DNA from: Candidatus Cloacimonadales bacterium
Lineage (GTDB): Bacteria; Cloacimonadota; Cloacimonadia; Cloacimonadales; JAFGVF01
Assembly: GCA_963678315.1 (NCBI GenBank)
Contig: OY782781.1
Coordinates: forward strand, 1,600,001 to 1,664,000
Direction of reading: 5' to 3'
DNA length: 64,000 nucleotides
This document shows, one piece after another, positions 47,342 to 57,800 of the stretch; position 1 is the first letter of the stretch; every line of letters starts with the position of its first letter. The translations under genes were made by a program, and so were the position numbers. The notes beneath the pieces are model-generated. The model had not been told where the DNA came from and searched no databases. It saw nothing but the letters and a program-made list of their open reading frames with translations.

Positions 47342-50167
47342 ATGAAAGATAAAATAATAATAAAAGGTGCAAGTGAACATAATTTAAAGAATGTTAACTT
47401 AGAATTCAAAAGAAACCAACTTGTAGTAGTAACTGGTGTTTCTGGTTCAGGAAAATCATCTCTAGCTTTTGATACTCTATATGCTGAAGGTCAAAGACGT
47501 TATGTTGAATCATTATCAGCTTATGCAAGACAGTTTTTAGGTCAAATGGAGAAGCCTAAAGTTGACTATATTGAAGGTTTAAGTCCTGCTATATCAATAG
47601 AACAGAAGTCAGCAAGTAAGAACCCAAGATCTACAGTTGGTACTGTAACTGAGATATATGATTATTTAAGAGTTCTATATGCTCGTATTGGTGAACAGCA
47701 TTGCCATATTTGTGGAGATCCTGTTAGCTCATTAACAGTTGACCAAATTGTTGAGCACTTGATGCTTAATCCTGAAAAGACTAAGATGCAGATACTAGCC
47801 CCGGTTGTACAAAATAGAAAAGGTACTCATGTTGATGAGCTTAGCAATATTAGGGCTGAAGGTTTCACAAGAGTTAAGATTAATGGGGTTGTCAGAAAGC
47901 TAGATGAAGAAATCGTCTTAGATAAGAAGAGTAAACATACTATAGATGTTGTAGTAGATAGGATTTCGATTAAGGAGAGCGTAAGATCTAGGTTAACTGA
48001 TTCAGTTGAAACAGCACTTAAACTAGCTGAAGGAATGCTTAAAATTGATTATGTAGAAGAGGATAGGGAAGAGATTCTTTCTGAGAAGAATGCTTGTGCT
48101 AAGTGTGGAATAGGTTTTGAAGAATTATCCCCCCAGAGCTTCTCTTTTAATAGCCCGATTGGCGCATGTCCTAAGTGTAAAGGATTAGGCTATACTTTAG
48201 AAATAGACCCAGATTTAATTGTTACTAATCCAGAATTATCCATTTGGCATGGTGCTGTCGCTCCTTATGGTTCATTTGGTAAATCAAAAAGTTATACTAA
48301 AAAGACATTACAGCATTTAGCTAATGAGTTTGATTTTGATTTAAAAACACCTTGGAAAGATCTACCAAAGGATATTCAAAATCTAATTTTATATGGTTCA
48401 AAAGGGAAGAAATTCACTGTATCTTGGAAGAATAAAAACTCACAAGGTGAATATCAGTCAACTTTTGAAGGTATTGTTAAAACTCTAACAAGAAGAATGA
48501 GAGAGACGACCTCAGAAGCTGCCCGTAGATATTACATGGAATTTGTTAGTAATAAACCTTGTTCCGAATGTGGTGGAACTAAACTTAAGAAGTCTAGCAA
48601 TGCAGTATTAATTGAAGGCAAGAATATTTCAACAATTACTGAAATGAGTGTTCAGGAAGCCCATGATCTATATAGTCAAATGGTTTTAACAGGAAATAAA
48701 CTAATTATTGCTGAAGAAGTATTGAAAGAGATTAAAAACCGTTTAACATTTTTAATGAGCGTTGGTTTGCATTACTTAACACTTAATAGAAGAGCACCAA
48801 CTCTTTCTGGTGGAGAGTCTCAAAGAATCAGATTGGCTAGTCAAATAGGCTCACAATTAGTAGGTGTTATGTATATTTTGGATGAACCAAGTATTGGGCT
48901 TCACCAAAGAGACAATGATAAGTTGATAGAAATGCTGAAACATCTTAGAGACTTAGGTAATACAGTGATTGTGGTTGAACACGATGAAGACACTATCAGG
49001 GAAGCTGATGAGATTATTGATTTTGGTCCTCGAGCTGGTATTTATGGGGGACAAGTAGTTGCTCAAGGCAATCTCAAGCAGATTATGAAATCCAAAGATT
49101 CTCTTACAGCTAAGTATCTTAGTGGAAAGATGGAAATAGAAGTTCCTAAAGAAAGAGTTTCTATTGATGATAGGTTAATTTCTATCAAAGGTGCAAGTCA
49201 TAACAACTTAAAGAATGTCAATGTCGATATTCCTCTTGGGATGTTTGTTTGTGTAACAGGTGTTTCAGGTTCTGGTAAATCTTCATTGATAAACCAGATA
49301 CTTTCTCCTTATTTACATAATCATTTCTTCAAATCTCAACAACAAGTAGGTAAAGTTGAATCTATTAATGGTATGGAACACATAGATAAGATAATCTCTA
49401 TTGATCAACAGCCAATAGGTAGAACACCACGCTCTAATCCTTCTACTTATATCAAGGTATTTGATTTGATTAGAAACCTTTTTGCAGAACTTCCAGCTTC
49501 TAAGTTAAGAGGTTATAAACAAGGTCGATTTTCTTTCAATGTTAAAGGTGGAAGGTGTGAACATTGCGGTGGGGCAGGTGTCAGACAGATTGAAATGCAC
49601 TTTATGGCTGATATTTATGTAACATGTGAAGTTTGTAAAGGTAAGAGATTTAATAATGAAACTCTCCAAATCAAGTATAAAGGGAAGAATATTTCTGAAG
49701 TATTAGATATGGATGTACAAGAAGCCTATGAGTTCTTCGAGAAGGTACCAAAAATAGCCACAAAGCTTAAAACTCTTCTCGATGTAGGCATGGACTACGT
49801 TAAGCTAGGTCAGCCTTCTACAACTCTCTCAGGTGGGGAAGCACAAAGAATTAAACTTGCTAGAGAACTAAGTAAGCGCTCAACTGGTAAAACATTGTAT
49901 CTGCTCGATGAACCAACAACAGGACTACATTTTGATGATGTTCAAAAACTATTAAAAGTACTCAAAAAACTTGTAGCAATGGGCAATACCATAGTTGTGA
50001 TTGAACATAATATGGATGTGATTAAATCTGCAGATTATATTATTGATTTAGGACCAGAAGGTGGTGATAATGGAGGAACTATTATTGCTCAAGGAAGCCC
50101 TGAAGAAGTTGCTGAAAATCAACAATCCTATACTGGTAAGTATCTAAAGAGGTATTTGAATAAATAA
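47342..50167 (+). CDS. uvrA: Excinuclease ABC subunit A
   Basis: Two GVSGSGKSS Walker A motifs, LSGGE signatures, zinc fingers, IGRTPRSNP. Confidence 0.99.
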   Translation: MKDKIIIKGASEHNLKNVNLEFKRNQLVVVTGVSGSGKSSLAFDTLYAEGQRRYVESLSAYARQFLGQMEKPKVDYIEGLSPAISIEQKSASKNPRSTVGTVTEIYDYLRVLYARIGEQHCHICGDPVSSLTVDQIVEHLMLNPEKTKMQILAPVVQNRKGTHVDELSNIRAEGFTRVKINGVVRKLDEEIVLDKKSKHTIDVVVDRISIKESVRSRLTDSVETALKLAEGMLKIDYVEEDREEILSEKNACAKCGIGFEELSPQSFSFNSPIGACPKCKGLGYTLEIDPDLIVTNPELSIWHGAVAPYGSFGKSKSYTKKTLQHLANEFDFDLKTPWKDLPKDIQNLILYGSKGKKFTVSWKNKNSQGEYQSTFEGIVKTLTRRMRETTSEAARRYYMEFVSNKPCSECGGTKLKKSSNAVLIEGKNISTITEMSVQEAHDLYSQMVLTGNKLIIAEEVLKEIKNRLTFLMSVGLHYLTLNRRAPTLSGGESQRIRLASQIGSQLVGVMYILDEPSIGLHQRDNDKLIEMLKHLRDLGNTVIVVEHDEDTIREADEIIDFGPRAGIYGGQVVAQGNLKQIMKSKDSLTAKYLSGKMEIEVPKERVSIDDRLISIKGASHNNLKNVNVDIPLGMFVCVTGVSGSGKSSLINQILSPYLHNHFFKSQQQVGKVESINGMEHIDKIISIDQQPIGRTPRSNPSTYIKVFDLIRNLFAELPASKLRGYKQGRFSFNVKGGRCEHCGGAGVRQIEMHFMADIYVTCEVCKGKRFNNETLQIKYKGKNISEVLDMDVQEAYEFFEKVPKIATKLKTLLDVGMDYVKLGQPSTTLSGGEAQRIKLARELSKRSTGKTLYLLDEPTTGLHFDDVQKLLKVLKKLVAMGNTIVVIEHNMDVIKSADYIIDLGPEGGDNGGTIIAQGSPEEVAENQQSYTGKYLKRYLNK

Positions 50168-50176
50168 TTTTTTTTT

Positions 50177-50320
50177 GGGTGCACAAGCATCTTGCTTGTA
50201 TTTGGATTTTAAGCTTCCTAGCTTACAAAACCATTTTTGTGTAAGCATGAACTTTCATGTTCAACCTATCGGTGGATGCTTACACTCCAAAACATTGGGT
50301 ACTCAAGCTTCCAGCTTGCC
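50177..50320. repeat. Cluster of short REP-like hairpins (family C)
   Basis: GGGTGCACAAGCA-tct-TGCTTGT; TAAGCT-tcct-AGCTTA; GTGTAAGCAT...ATGCTTACAC; GGGTACTCAAGCT-tcc-AGCTTG. Related GGATGCTTACAC and TGCTTGCACCC at 50790-50836. Confidence 0.6.
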
Positions 50321-50350
50321 AACTGGGATTTGATAAAAGTGCTTTTATAC

Positions 50351-50389
50351 AAAAAGAGAGTTATGATTGTTCATAACTCTCTAATTTTT
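50351..50389. terminator. Bidirectional terminator
   Basis: AGAGAGTTATGA-ttgt-TCATAACTCTCT flanked by A and T runs. Confidence 0.8.
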
Positions 50390-50408
50390 ATTTTTGTACA
50401 AATAAATT

Positions 50409-50642
50409 TTAGAACAATCCTGCTAAAATTGAACCTGCTACTGCAAAAATTACAGCATAAATTACTATTCCAATTAGCATCCAAATTAAGGCTGCTTTTG
50501 CCCAATTTGCTTTACTAGCAGGAGTCCCATTACCAAAAGCCCAAACAAATAGCATTATCAAATTAACTAGTGGTATTATCATAATAATTGAGGTAGCCAT
50601 CCAGTCACCAACTGATACAACACGATTTTCAAAGTTTTCCAT
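50409..50642 (-). CDS. Small two-TM membrane protein
   Basis: Start 50642 with AAGGAG RBS; SVGDW..IPLVNLIMLFVWAFG...SKANWAKA pattern seen in a common family of small hypothetical membrane proteins. Confidence 0.8.
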   Translation of the reverse strand: MENFENRVVSVGDWMATSIIMIIPLVNLIMLFVWAFGNGTPASKANWAKAALIWMLIGIVIYAVIFAVAGSILAGLF

Positions 50643-50847
50643 ATAATCTCCTTTTTTGATTTTACTGAGAAATAACTTTTTAGTATACAACAATTTATGT
50701 AGAAATGTGTACACCTGTCAAGATAATTAATAAATCATTAATAAAGTTTACATTCAAGATAGAGGTACAATGAACAGTATTTGCCTGTAGCAGCCTCTGC
50801 TTGCACCCCTAAAAGAGGCTGGATGCTTACACTTCCTGCGTTCCCAG

Positions 50848-50913
50848 TAACTCCTAACTTACTGGTCTCCTTGAAAAATCGGCTTTTTTTCAAGGAGGCT
50901 AGTAAGGGTCTAC
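50848..50913 (-). repeat. Palindromic intergenic repeat family A, copy 4
   Basis: Minus strand GTAGACCCTTACTAGCCTCCTTGAAAAAAAGCCGATTTTTCAAGGAGACCAGTAAGTTAGGAGTTA. Confidence 0.9.
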
Positions 50914-50929
50914 TAAAGAGAGCTAAGGC

Positions 50930-50967
50930 AAAAAAAAAGAGGCTAGGAAAAATCCTAACCTCTTTTT
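50930..50967 (-). terminator. rpsT intrinsic terminator
   Basis: Minus strand AGAGGTTAGGA-tttt-TCCTAGCCTCT then a T run. Confidence 0.85.
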
Positions 50968-50983
50968 AATATTCTCAAAAATA

Positions 50984-51253
50984 TTATTCAGATGTAATAT
51001 TATGTTCTTTAGCTAGATAAGCAGCAATTCTTGCTTTTCTACGAGAAGCAGTTCTTTTATGAATAACATTAGTTTTAGCAGCTTTATCAAGTTTAGAATA
51101 AATCACATTAATAAGTTCTTTCTTTTCATCTAAAGAAATGTCTGAGCGCATTTTCTTATCTAGAGTAGAAAGAGTACGTTTTACATAGTGATTACGAGCA
51201 GCTCTTTTAGCGTCTTGTCTCAATCTCTTCGCAGGAGACTTATGATTTGGCAT
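50984..51253 (-). CDS. rpsT: 30S ribosomal protein S20
   Basis: MPNHKSPAKRLRQ..RN, LDKAAKTNVIHKRTASRRKAR. Confidence 0.97.
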   Translation of the reverse strand: MPNHKSPAKRLRQDAKRAARNHYVKRTLSTLDKKMRSDISLDEKKELINVIYSKLDKAAKTNVIHKRTASRRKARIAAYLAKEHNITSE

Positions 51254-51392
51254 TTTTCCTCCAATTAATCTATCTTTATTTAATTTTTTAATCTTCTGTG
51301 AAAAAAAAAGGAATACAAGTTTCCTGTCAATAGTTTTTTTATAAAATTTTTAATCTAATGTAAAACAATAGTTTAAGAATACTTGATGTTAC

Positions 51393-52649
51393 TTATTTCT
51401 TGTTGATATTTATGAACATATTGTCCAAATCTATAATCATTTCCTTTATTGAGAATAGTTCAGAATTATTAACAAAGTCTTTTTGATTCTTTTCCCATGA
51501 TTGGTAAATTGATTGTATGTATAACTTGCTTGCTTCGATATCATTGTATTCTGCAACAAAACCAGAATCACTGGAAGAGATTATTTTAGCAGCATTTCCG
51601 TTTTTTGGACCTATACAAAGAATGGGAACTTGTGAACCTATATACTCAAATAGTTTTGTAGTAAGCATTCCCTCGTTTCCTTCATAGTCATTTATAAGTA
51701 ATACAAGTAGTTCAGAATTAACCATCTCATTTATTGCTTCATTATGCTGAACAAATGCTATGTTTCTGATGGTAAAAGGAGTATCTAAGGTAGGACATGA
51801 CTGATAAGTACCAACAAATGAAAATTCTAGCTTATGATGATTTATATTAGAACTTGAAATAGCTTTTATAGCATGATCAATATCTTGACCTGCAGTGATT
51901 TTACCAATGTATTTAATTCTAAATAATTCACTTCTTTGGTAAGACTTATCTTGGAAGTCATCAGGGTCAAAACTATTAGTAAATGTTTCCTTGAATCCAG
52001 CCGGTAACTGGTCTTTAATAAAGTCAGAAACTACCAAATTAAGGTCTGCATTTTTAACGACTTTCTTTTCTAAGTACTTATTAATACTTCTGGATATCTT
52101 GCTTTGACCTGCTAATTGCAGATACATTATCTCAGACCATGGATCTCTGAAGTCTGTTACCCAAGTAATGTTGAAGTTTCTTTTTAGTCTATTCCCAACT
52201 AAGTGAGTAGAGTGGGGAGGAGCTGTAGTTAAGACTATATCAAATTTATTATTTATTAGAAGTTCTTTAGCCTGTTTATAGGCATACTTGTTCCAGATAA
52301 GTCTTGCATCAGGAATAATAAGATTGATTCTAATCCAAAATAAGATTTTCTTCAATAGAGAATCGTTTGAAGATGTTTCTAACGAACCAAAAGGAATGTT
52401 CTTTTTATCTCCGGAAACCTTCTTATAGAAATTACCAAAAACAGGTGTTTTAGTCCTGTATATCTTTACACTATTTGACACCTTATCAATGAGAGAATCA
52501 TCGATAACTGGGTAGTCGCCATTGTTAGTTGTTATTACACTTATATCCCAGCCAAGTTTATCTAGCCACTTAATTATACGTAGCCATCGTTGAACACCAG
52601 CTCCACCACATGGAGGGAAATAGTAACTTATTAGCAAGAGTTTCTTCAT
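51393..52649 (-). CDS. GT4-family glycosyltransferase
   Basis: ISYYFPP.GGAGVQR, IPDAR, TAPPHSTH, DFRDPW, KLFEY. Confidence 0.9.
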   Translation of the reverse strand: MKKLLLISYYFPPCGGAGVQRWLRIIKWLDKLGWDISVITTNNGDYPVIDDSLIDKVSNSVKIYRTKTPVFGNFYKKVSGDKKNIPFGSLETSSNDSLLKKILFWIRINLIIPDARLIWNKYAYKQAKELLINNKFDIVLTTAPPHSTHLVGNRLKRNFNITWVTDFRDPWSEIMYLQLAGQSKISRSINKYLEKKVVKNADLNLVVSDFIKDQLPAGFKETFTNSFDPDDFQDKSYQRSELFRIKYIGKITAGQDIDHAIKAISSSNINHHKLEFSFVGTYQSCPTLDTPFTIRNIAFVQHNEAINEMVNSELLVLLINDYEGNEGMLTTKLFEYIGSQVPILCIGPKNGNAAKIISSSDSGFVAEYNDIEASKLYIQSIYQSWEKNQKDFVNNSELFSIKEMIIDLDNMFININKK

Positions 52650-53761
52650 AGTTTTTCAATAACATCTACAAAGGGTTGCCAAGAGTATTTTCGGTTTTCT
52701 TCTTCAATAGCTTTCGTATACTTACCTGGTGTAAAATCTTTATAGAAAGAGATGACGCTATCTACTATTGCTTGTATATTGTTTGCTGGGAACATATTAC
52801 CAGTTTTTCCTTCAACAACTACTTCAGGGATTCCCCCAATTCTAGAGGCTAATACAGGAACTTTGAAAGCGTAAGAAAGTTGAATAATTCCACTCTGAGT
52901 AGCATGCTTATAGGGTAGAACGCAAACATCAGAGTTTTCGAAGAATGTCTTAACTTCCTCATTAGTAATATATTGATTGTAAAATTCAACATTATCTTTT
53001 AAATGTAATTCATCAATAATGTCAAGGTATTGGCTTTCATCACCATAAACTTCTCCGGCTACTATTAACTTTGTTTTAGGTCTAGCTTTGATTATTTGAG
53101 GCATTGCTTTGAGTAATAGATCTAGCCCTTTATAAGCTTTTATGTATCCAAAAAACAGGATTTTATTGTTAATCTTAGATGTATTTATATTTGTAGACTC
53201 ATCAGAATAAAAGTCGTAAGTAGGGTGTTTTAATGGGAAGACCCTATCTTTAGATAACTTAGGAAATAGTTTAAATAGACTATCATAAACACTGTCAGAC
53301 ATGCTTATAAAGTAATCACTAGACTTCATAGCGTATCTTGTAAGCTGGTCTCCCATAAACCACTTTTCATGAAAATCAATATTATCAATGATGTAGAGTA
53401 TTTTCAGGTTAGGGTTTCTTTTTTTCAATCTTTTAAGAATAAATCCAAAAGCAGGTGCAAAGAAAGGAATCCAGTACTTCAGTATTAGAACATCAGGAGA
53501 ATAGTCATTGATTTTATTAATAGTCTTGTTAAATGTAAGAGGATTATAAGGGATTAGTGTGCTATCAATGTTTATCTTGATAACTTTAGAAGACTTTTCT
53601 ACTTGTTCTTTACCAGGGAATAGTAGTTTAGGGTATTGCTTCTTAAAAGAAAAAACCTTTACTTGGTGATTATTAGCTTCTAGTTTATTAGCAAGAATCG
53701 CTATAAATTGAGCAATACCACCTCTTAAGGGATAGGCTGGACCAATAAATGCAACTTTCAA
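52646..53761 (-). CDS. GT4-family glycosyltransferase
   Basis: GPAYPLRGGI, FFGYIKAYKGLD, VLPYKHATQSG, GGIPEVV. Confidence 0.92.
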   Translation of the reverse strand: MKVAFIGPAYPLRGGIAQFIAILANKLEANNHQVKVFSFKKQYPKLLFPGKEQVEKSSKVIKINIDSTLIPYNPLTFNKTINKINDYSPDVLILKYWIPFFAPAFGFILKRLKKRNPNLKILYIIDNIDFHEKWFMGDQLTRYAMKSSDYFISMSDSVYDSLFKLFPKLSKDRVFPLKHPTYDFYSDESTNINTSKINNKILFFGYIKAYKGLDLLLKAMPQIIKARPKTKLIVAGEVYGDESQYLDIIDELHLKDNVEFYNQYITNEEVKTFFENSDVCVLPYKHATQSGIIQLSYAFKVPVLASRIGGIPEVVVEGKTGNMFPANNIQAIVDSVISFYKDFTPGKYTKAIEEENRKYSWQPFVDVIEKL

Positions 53762-54829
53762 TTAAGCTTCTCCAATTAACTTAACTATCTCGTTAAATAC
53801 AGTATCAACAGGAATTGTTTCCATACACTTTTCATCACATGTATTTTTATAACAGCATTTACATGGTTTGTCTGGTTCTAATATGGTTCCTAATCCATAC
53901 AGTTCAAATTCATGCTTATTAAAAATATTGTTAAATAGTATTAGCTTTTTCTTTAAAGCAATGGATATATGCATTGCCATGGTTACCGATGTAACAACTA
54001 AATCACAGTTGTTAATGATATTGATAAATTCTGATAGAGGTTTTGTTCCAAAGTAAAGAGCTTTACCCCTTGTCGAAATTCTCATGTTCATCTCATGTTC
54101 GTGAGGACCTCCTAGCAATACAGGGACATAGCCAGCTTTGTTTAGTTTTTTGGAAAGAGAAACCCAGTTGTCAGAACCCCAAAGTCTAGTTAACCAACGA
54201 TTACCACAGCCAGTGTTTAAGCCAATAGTTTTGAAATTAGGTGTTAGCCCAAAAGGTATAAAAGTACTTGGTCTTTCTAGAATATACTCCTGTTTTTTAT
54301 ATTCAAAACCACACAGTTCGACTATCTCTTGAGGGTAACTTTTTCTATTAGCAAGGCACAAATCATCCCAGATACCAGTATTCCATTTATGTAGGGAATC
54401 ATCGTCTGCAGGGATACAATAACCGAATTCATTAATCTTATAACCTTTCAATACTTTAGTCTGTAATCTATTAGCTAAGCCTATAGCTTCTTTATCTTTA
54501 TCTAGATTGTAGACTATATCAAATTCTCTACCTAATAGCCATAAAACACTATCCATATTCCATTCAAGAACATGATTAACATAGTGAGTTGGAACAAATT
54601 CAGTAGTTCTAGTTATCCATGTAATATGGGCATTAGGGTATTTTTCTCTGAGAGGGTGAAGTATGGGAGTAGTTCTTAAAACATCACCACTAGCCCCAAG
54701 TTTTATAATTAATATTCTTTCTTGAAATGACTTATATTCTGGGCAGTTATCACAATGATAACCATTATTCTTGTGTGGCTTGCAAGGAATATCTCCTTTA
54801 AAAAAAATGCAATCTTGCTTAACTTCCAT
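53762..54829 (-). CDS. GT9-family (heptosyltransferase-like) glycosyltransferase
   Basis: IIKLGASGDVLRTTP, LLGGPHE, VTSVTMAMHISIAL; Cys-rich termini. Confidence 0.88.
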   Translation of the reverse strand: MEVKQDCIFFKGDIPCKPHKNNGYHCDNCPEYKSFQERILIIKLGASGDVLRTTPILHPLREKYPNAHITWITRTTEFVPTHYVNHVLEWNMDSVLWLLGREFDIVYNLDKDKEAIGLANRLQTKVLKGYKINEFGYCIPADDDSLHKWNTGIWDDLCLANRKSYPQEIVELCGFEYKKQEYILERPSTFIPFGLTPNFKTIGLNTGCGNRWLTRLWGSDNWVSLSKKLNKAGYVPVLLGGPHEHEMNMRISTRGKALYFGTKPLSEFINIINNCDLVVTSVTMAMHISIALKKKLILFNNIFNKHEFELYGLGTILEPDKPCKCCYKNTCDEKCMETIPVDTVFNEIVKLIGEA

Positions 54830-54844
54830 TCTAACTCCACTTAT

Positions 54845-57800
54845 TTATAAAGATTTATAGTCAATGTATAAACCTTTTTCTTTTATATATTCTATAACAT
54901 TATCATACTGTTGTAAATGACACAATATTCTTGCATTCCCAACAAGGATAATTTGTTCTATAGAACGAGAAAGAGCAACATTTAACTTTCTGTCAATATT
55001 TCTATCTGAAGAGAGTGACTCAAGATTGTCTAACTGATGAATAAAGTTACAGGCAAGAGAATATATAATTATATCTCTTTCAGAGCCTTGAAAGCGTTCA
55101 ACAGTATCAACACTTATTGCATTAGCCTTAGGGAAATCTGTTAAGTAGCTTCTTATTAAATTAATCTGGCTACGCCAAGGGCAGATGATTCCAATGGACT
55201 TATCAGAAAAAGCTGTGTTTAAAGTTGGAATTAATCCTTCAACTATGGTTTTGACTATCTTAGCTTCAGAAACTGAAACTTTAGATGATGATTTATCTTC
55301 AATATTAATAAAGATGATTCTAGATTTTGAAAGATATTGGGATAGTAGTTTGTCAGAACTTTCTGCTAATTTTAATAAGAAACTTGTGGATTTCTGTTTA
55401 TCCAATCCTGTCTTTAATTGATTATTATAAAATGGATTTACCAAATCAGCAACATGGCTATGCATTCTATAATGAAATTCAAGAGTATGTATAGAATCTT
55501 GCCAATTCTTATTTTGTGCGTTAGTAAATAACCTTTCAAACAAAGACTGTCCATAATCATGTATTCCAAGAGCATTTAATTCTTTTAAATTACATGCTTT
55601 ATTATCTGCAGACTGAGTAACTATTGCGGGCAATTGTATCTGATCACCAATCATAATGAATCTCTGGAAATTGTCTAATATTCCAATGATGTCAGCTTCT
55701 AGTAACTGTGAAGCTTCGTCAATAAAGAGAGTATCGAAAGATATGATTGAGTTTAAAGCTTCTTGTGATGAATGATAGGAAGCAACAGTTGAACAAAATA
55801 CTTGATATTTATCTATACTTGATTCTATTTCAGCTAACTTTTGATTGGAATTGGTCAGGTCATGTATTGACGATATAGAAGAATCACTTTTACTACCTAA
55901 TCTAAGATAATCAATATCAGAGTCATTTAATTTATGACAAACCTCATCTATAGCTCTATTAGTAAAAGATAATATCATAATCTTTTCATTAGTATTTCTA
56001 TATAAGTACTTAATGCAGTTAATCAAGAATGAAGAAGTTTTTCCTGTACCTGGAGGTCCTTGAAGTAGGAAGTAGTCCCTAGATGCAAGAGCTTTTGTGA
56101 TAATTGGGTTTAAATAGTCTGTCGATTCTGAATAAGCGAATGAGCTGTCTATTTCCGGTTCAATGTTGCCTAGTAATAGACTTCTTTTGCTAGCTGGAAG
56201 TTTGGTAAACTTAGTAAGTGAACTTAATAGGCTAGATTGTAGCGAATCATTAGAATCCTGCTCAATATTCCAGAAAGAGTATGATGCAAACAACCTTTCA
56301 TTAATCAGACTATTTCTAGGCTTTAGGGATACTGTATTTCCAGCAATTTCTACTATAGAACATTTTATAATCTGGGATTTGAATTCAAAACTATCTTCGC
56401 TGGAGGCTGGATATAAAACAACTCTATCTCCTTTTCTTAAACTACAGTAACTAAGATCATTATTAGCTAAGAAAACAAGCTTTTCATCATCAAAATTACT
56501 AAACTCAAGCTGGGTGATTACTTTGCTGTTAAGAGATTTATCAGCGTTAGAGCTTAGCCAGATAGAGCTAAAACCATAGTTGCTATACTGTTTTTGGTTT
56601 GACGTAAAATAACCGGTTTTCGAGGACCATATTTCTCTCATTAGAAAAGCAAAATAACTAGTATAGTATGCTTTCTCGGTTGGAGTGAGAGAACTGAAAT
56701 GTTGCATGATTTCAGCATATTCTTCTTGTTTATAGATAGGAAGTTTTGATTCATCTAAAGAAGAAATATAATCAGTGATTGTTGTTTCGTCATTAGCTAC
56801 TTTGTAACTATCGCTAACAATACAATTTCTAAGCATCAAAATATGTTGTTCAAGATATGTATTAGAAGTGACATTTCTGAGCTCAGCTTTGTTATCACAT
56901 GAATAGAATATCATTGATGAACCGGATCTATCTTGTCCAAAAGTAGATTCAAGAAGTAAGTTGTATATTACTACCTGAACCTCGTGAGATTTCCAAATTC
57001 CATTATATGGGGCTTTTCCGCTTTTAAGTTCAAAGATAGATTTTCGTTTGGGGTCATTGTTTTCTCCTTCTATTAAACCGTCTAACCTTCCATATAAACC
57101 ATATTTAGGAGCGTAAAAAGATGGTTCTATTGTTAGTTGTATGTCCTCAAACTTATCTGTTACTTTCAGCATATTAGGAAAGTGATTTTGTCTAATATCT
57201 TTCATAATTACCATTAATTCTTTAACCCCTATACTGAGAGCAGTAAGAATTGACGAATGCACACATTCAACATACATTTTATTAAAGTCTCTTTCTTGAT
57301 CCTTGATCATCCTATCCAAAATCTGATTAACAAAATTACCTTTTACAAAAGGAAGAGATATTGATACATTACTAATTAGAGAAAGCATAGCAAGCTTATG
57401 GTAAGCATATTTACTTTGAAAACACGATGCAATACTTGTTGCATCTACTAAATAGTCTGGTTCTAGGATAATCTTTGTGCTATCAGTATTTCGTAATATC
57501 TGCTTTTCAAAATCAAGGATTTCTAGATGATAGAAAGTAATCTTAGCTCCCTTCCATAATAGCTTTGAGAAGTTTCCTAAGAGCCTTCCATATTTATAAT
57601 CTACAAGCTTATCGCTATACATAGCAATATCTGTTAGCTCAATATAAACATAATTCCCTTGCTCAAGGCTAAATCCAGATATTCTACAAGTTCTTTTCTT
57701 ATCTAATAATGAAGGCTGTGTGTAATCATCAACAGTTATTGTTACAGAATCTATCTGCTCATTATCTATAGTGGAAGTCTTAAGTAGCGATAAAGGATTT

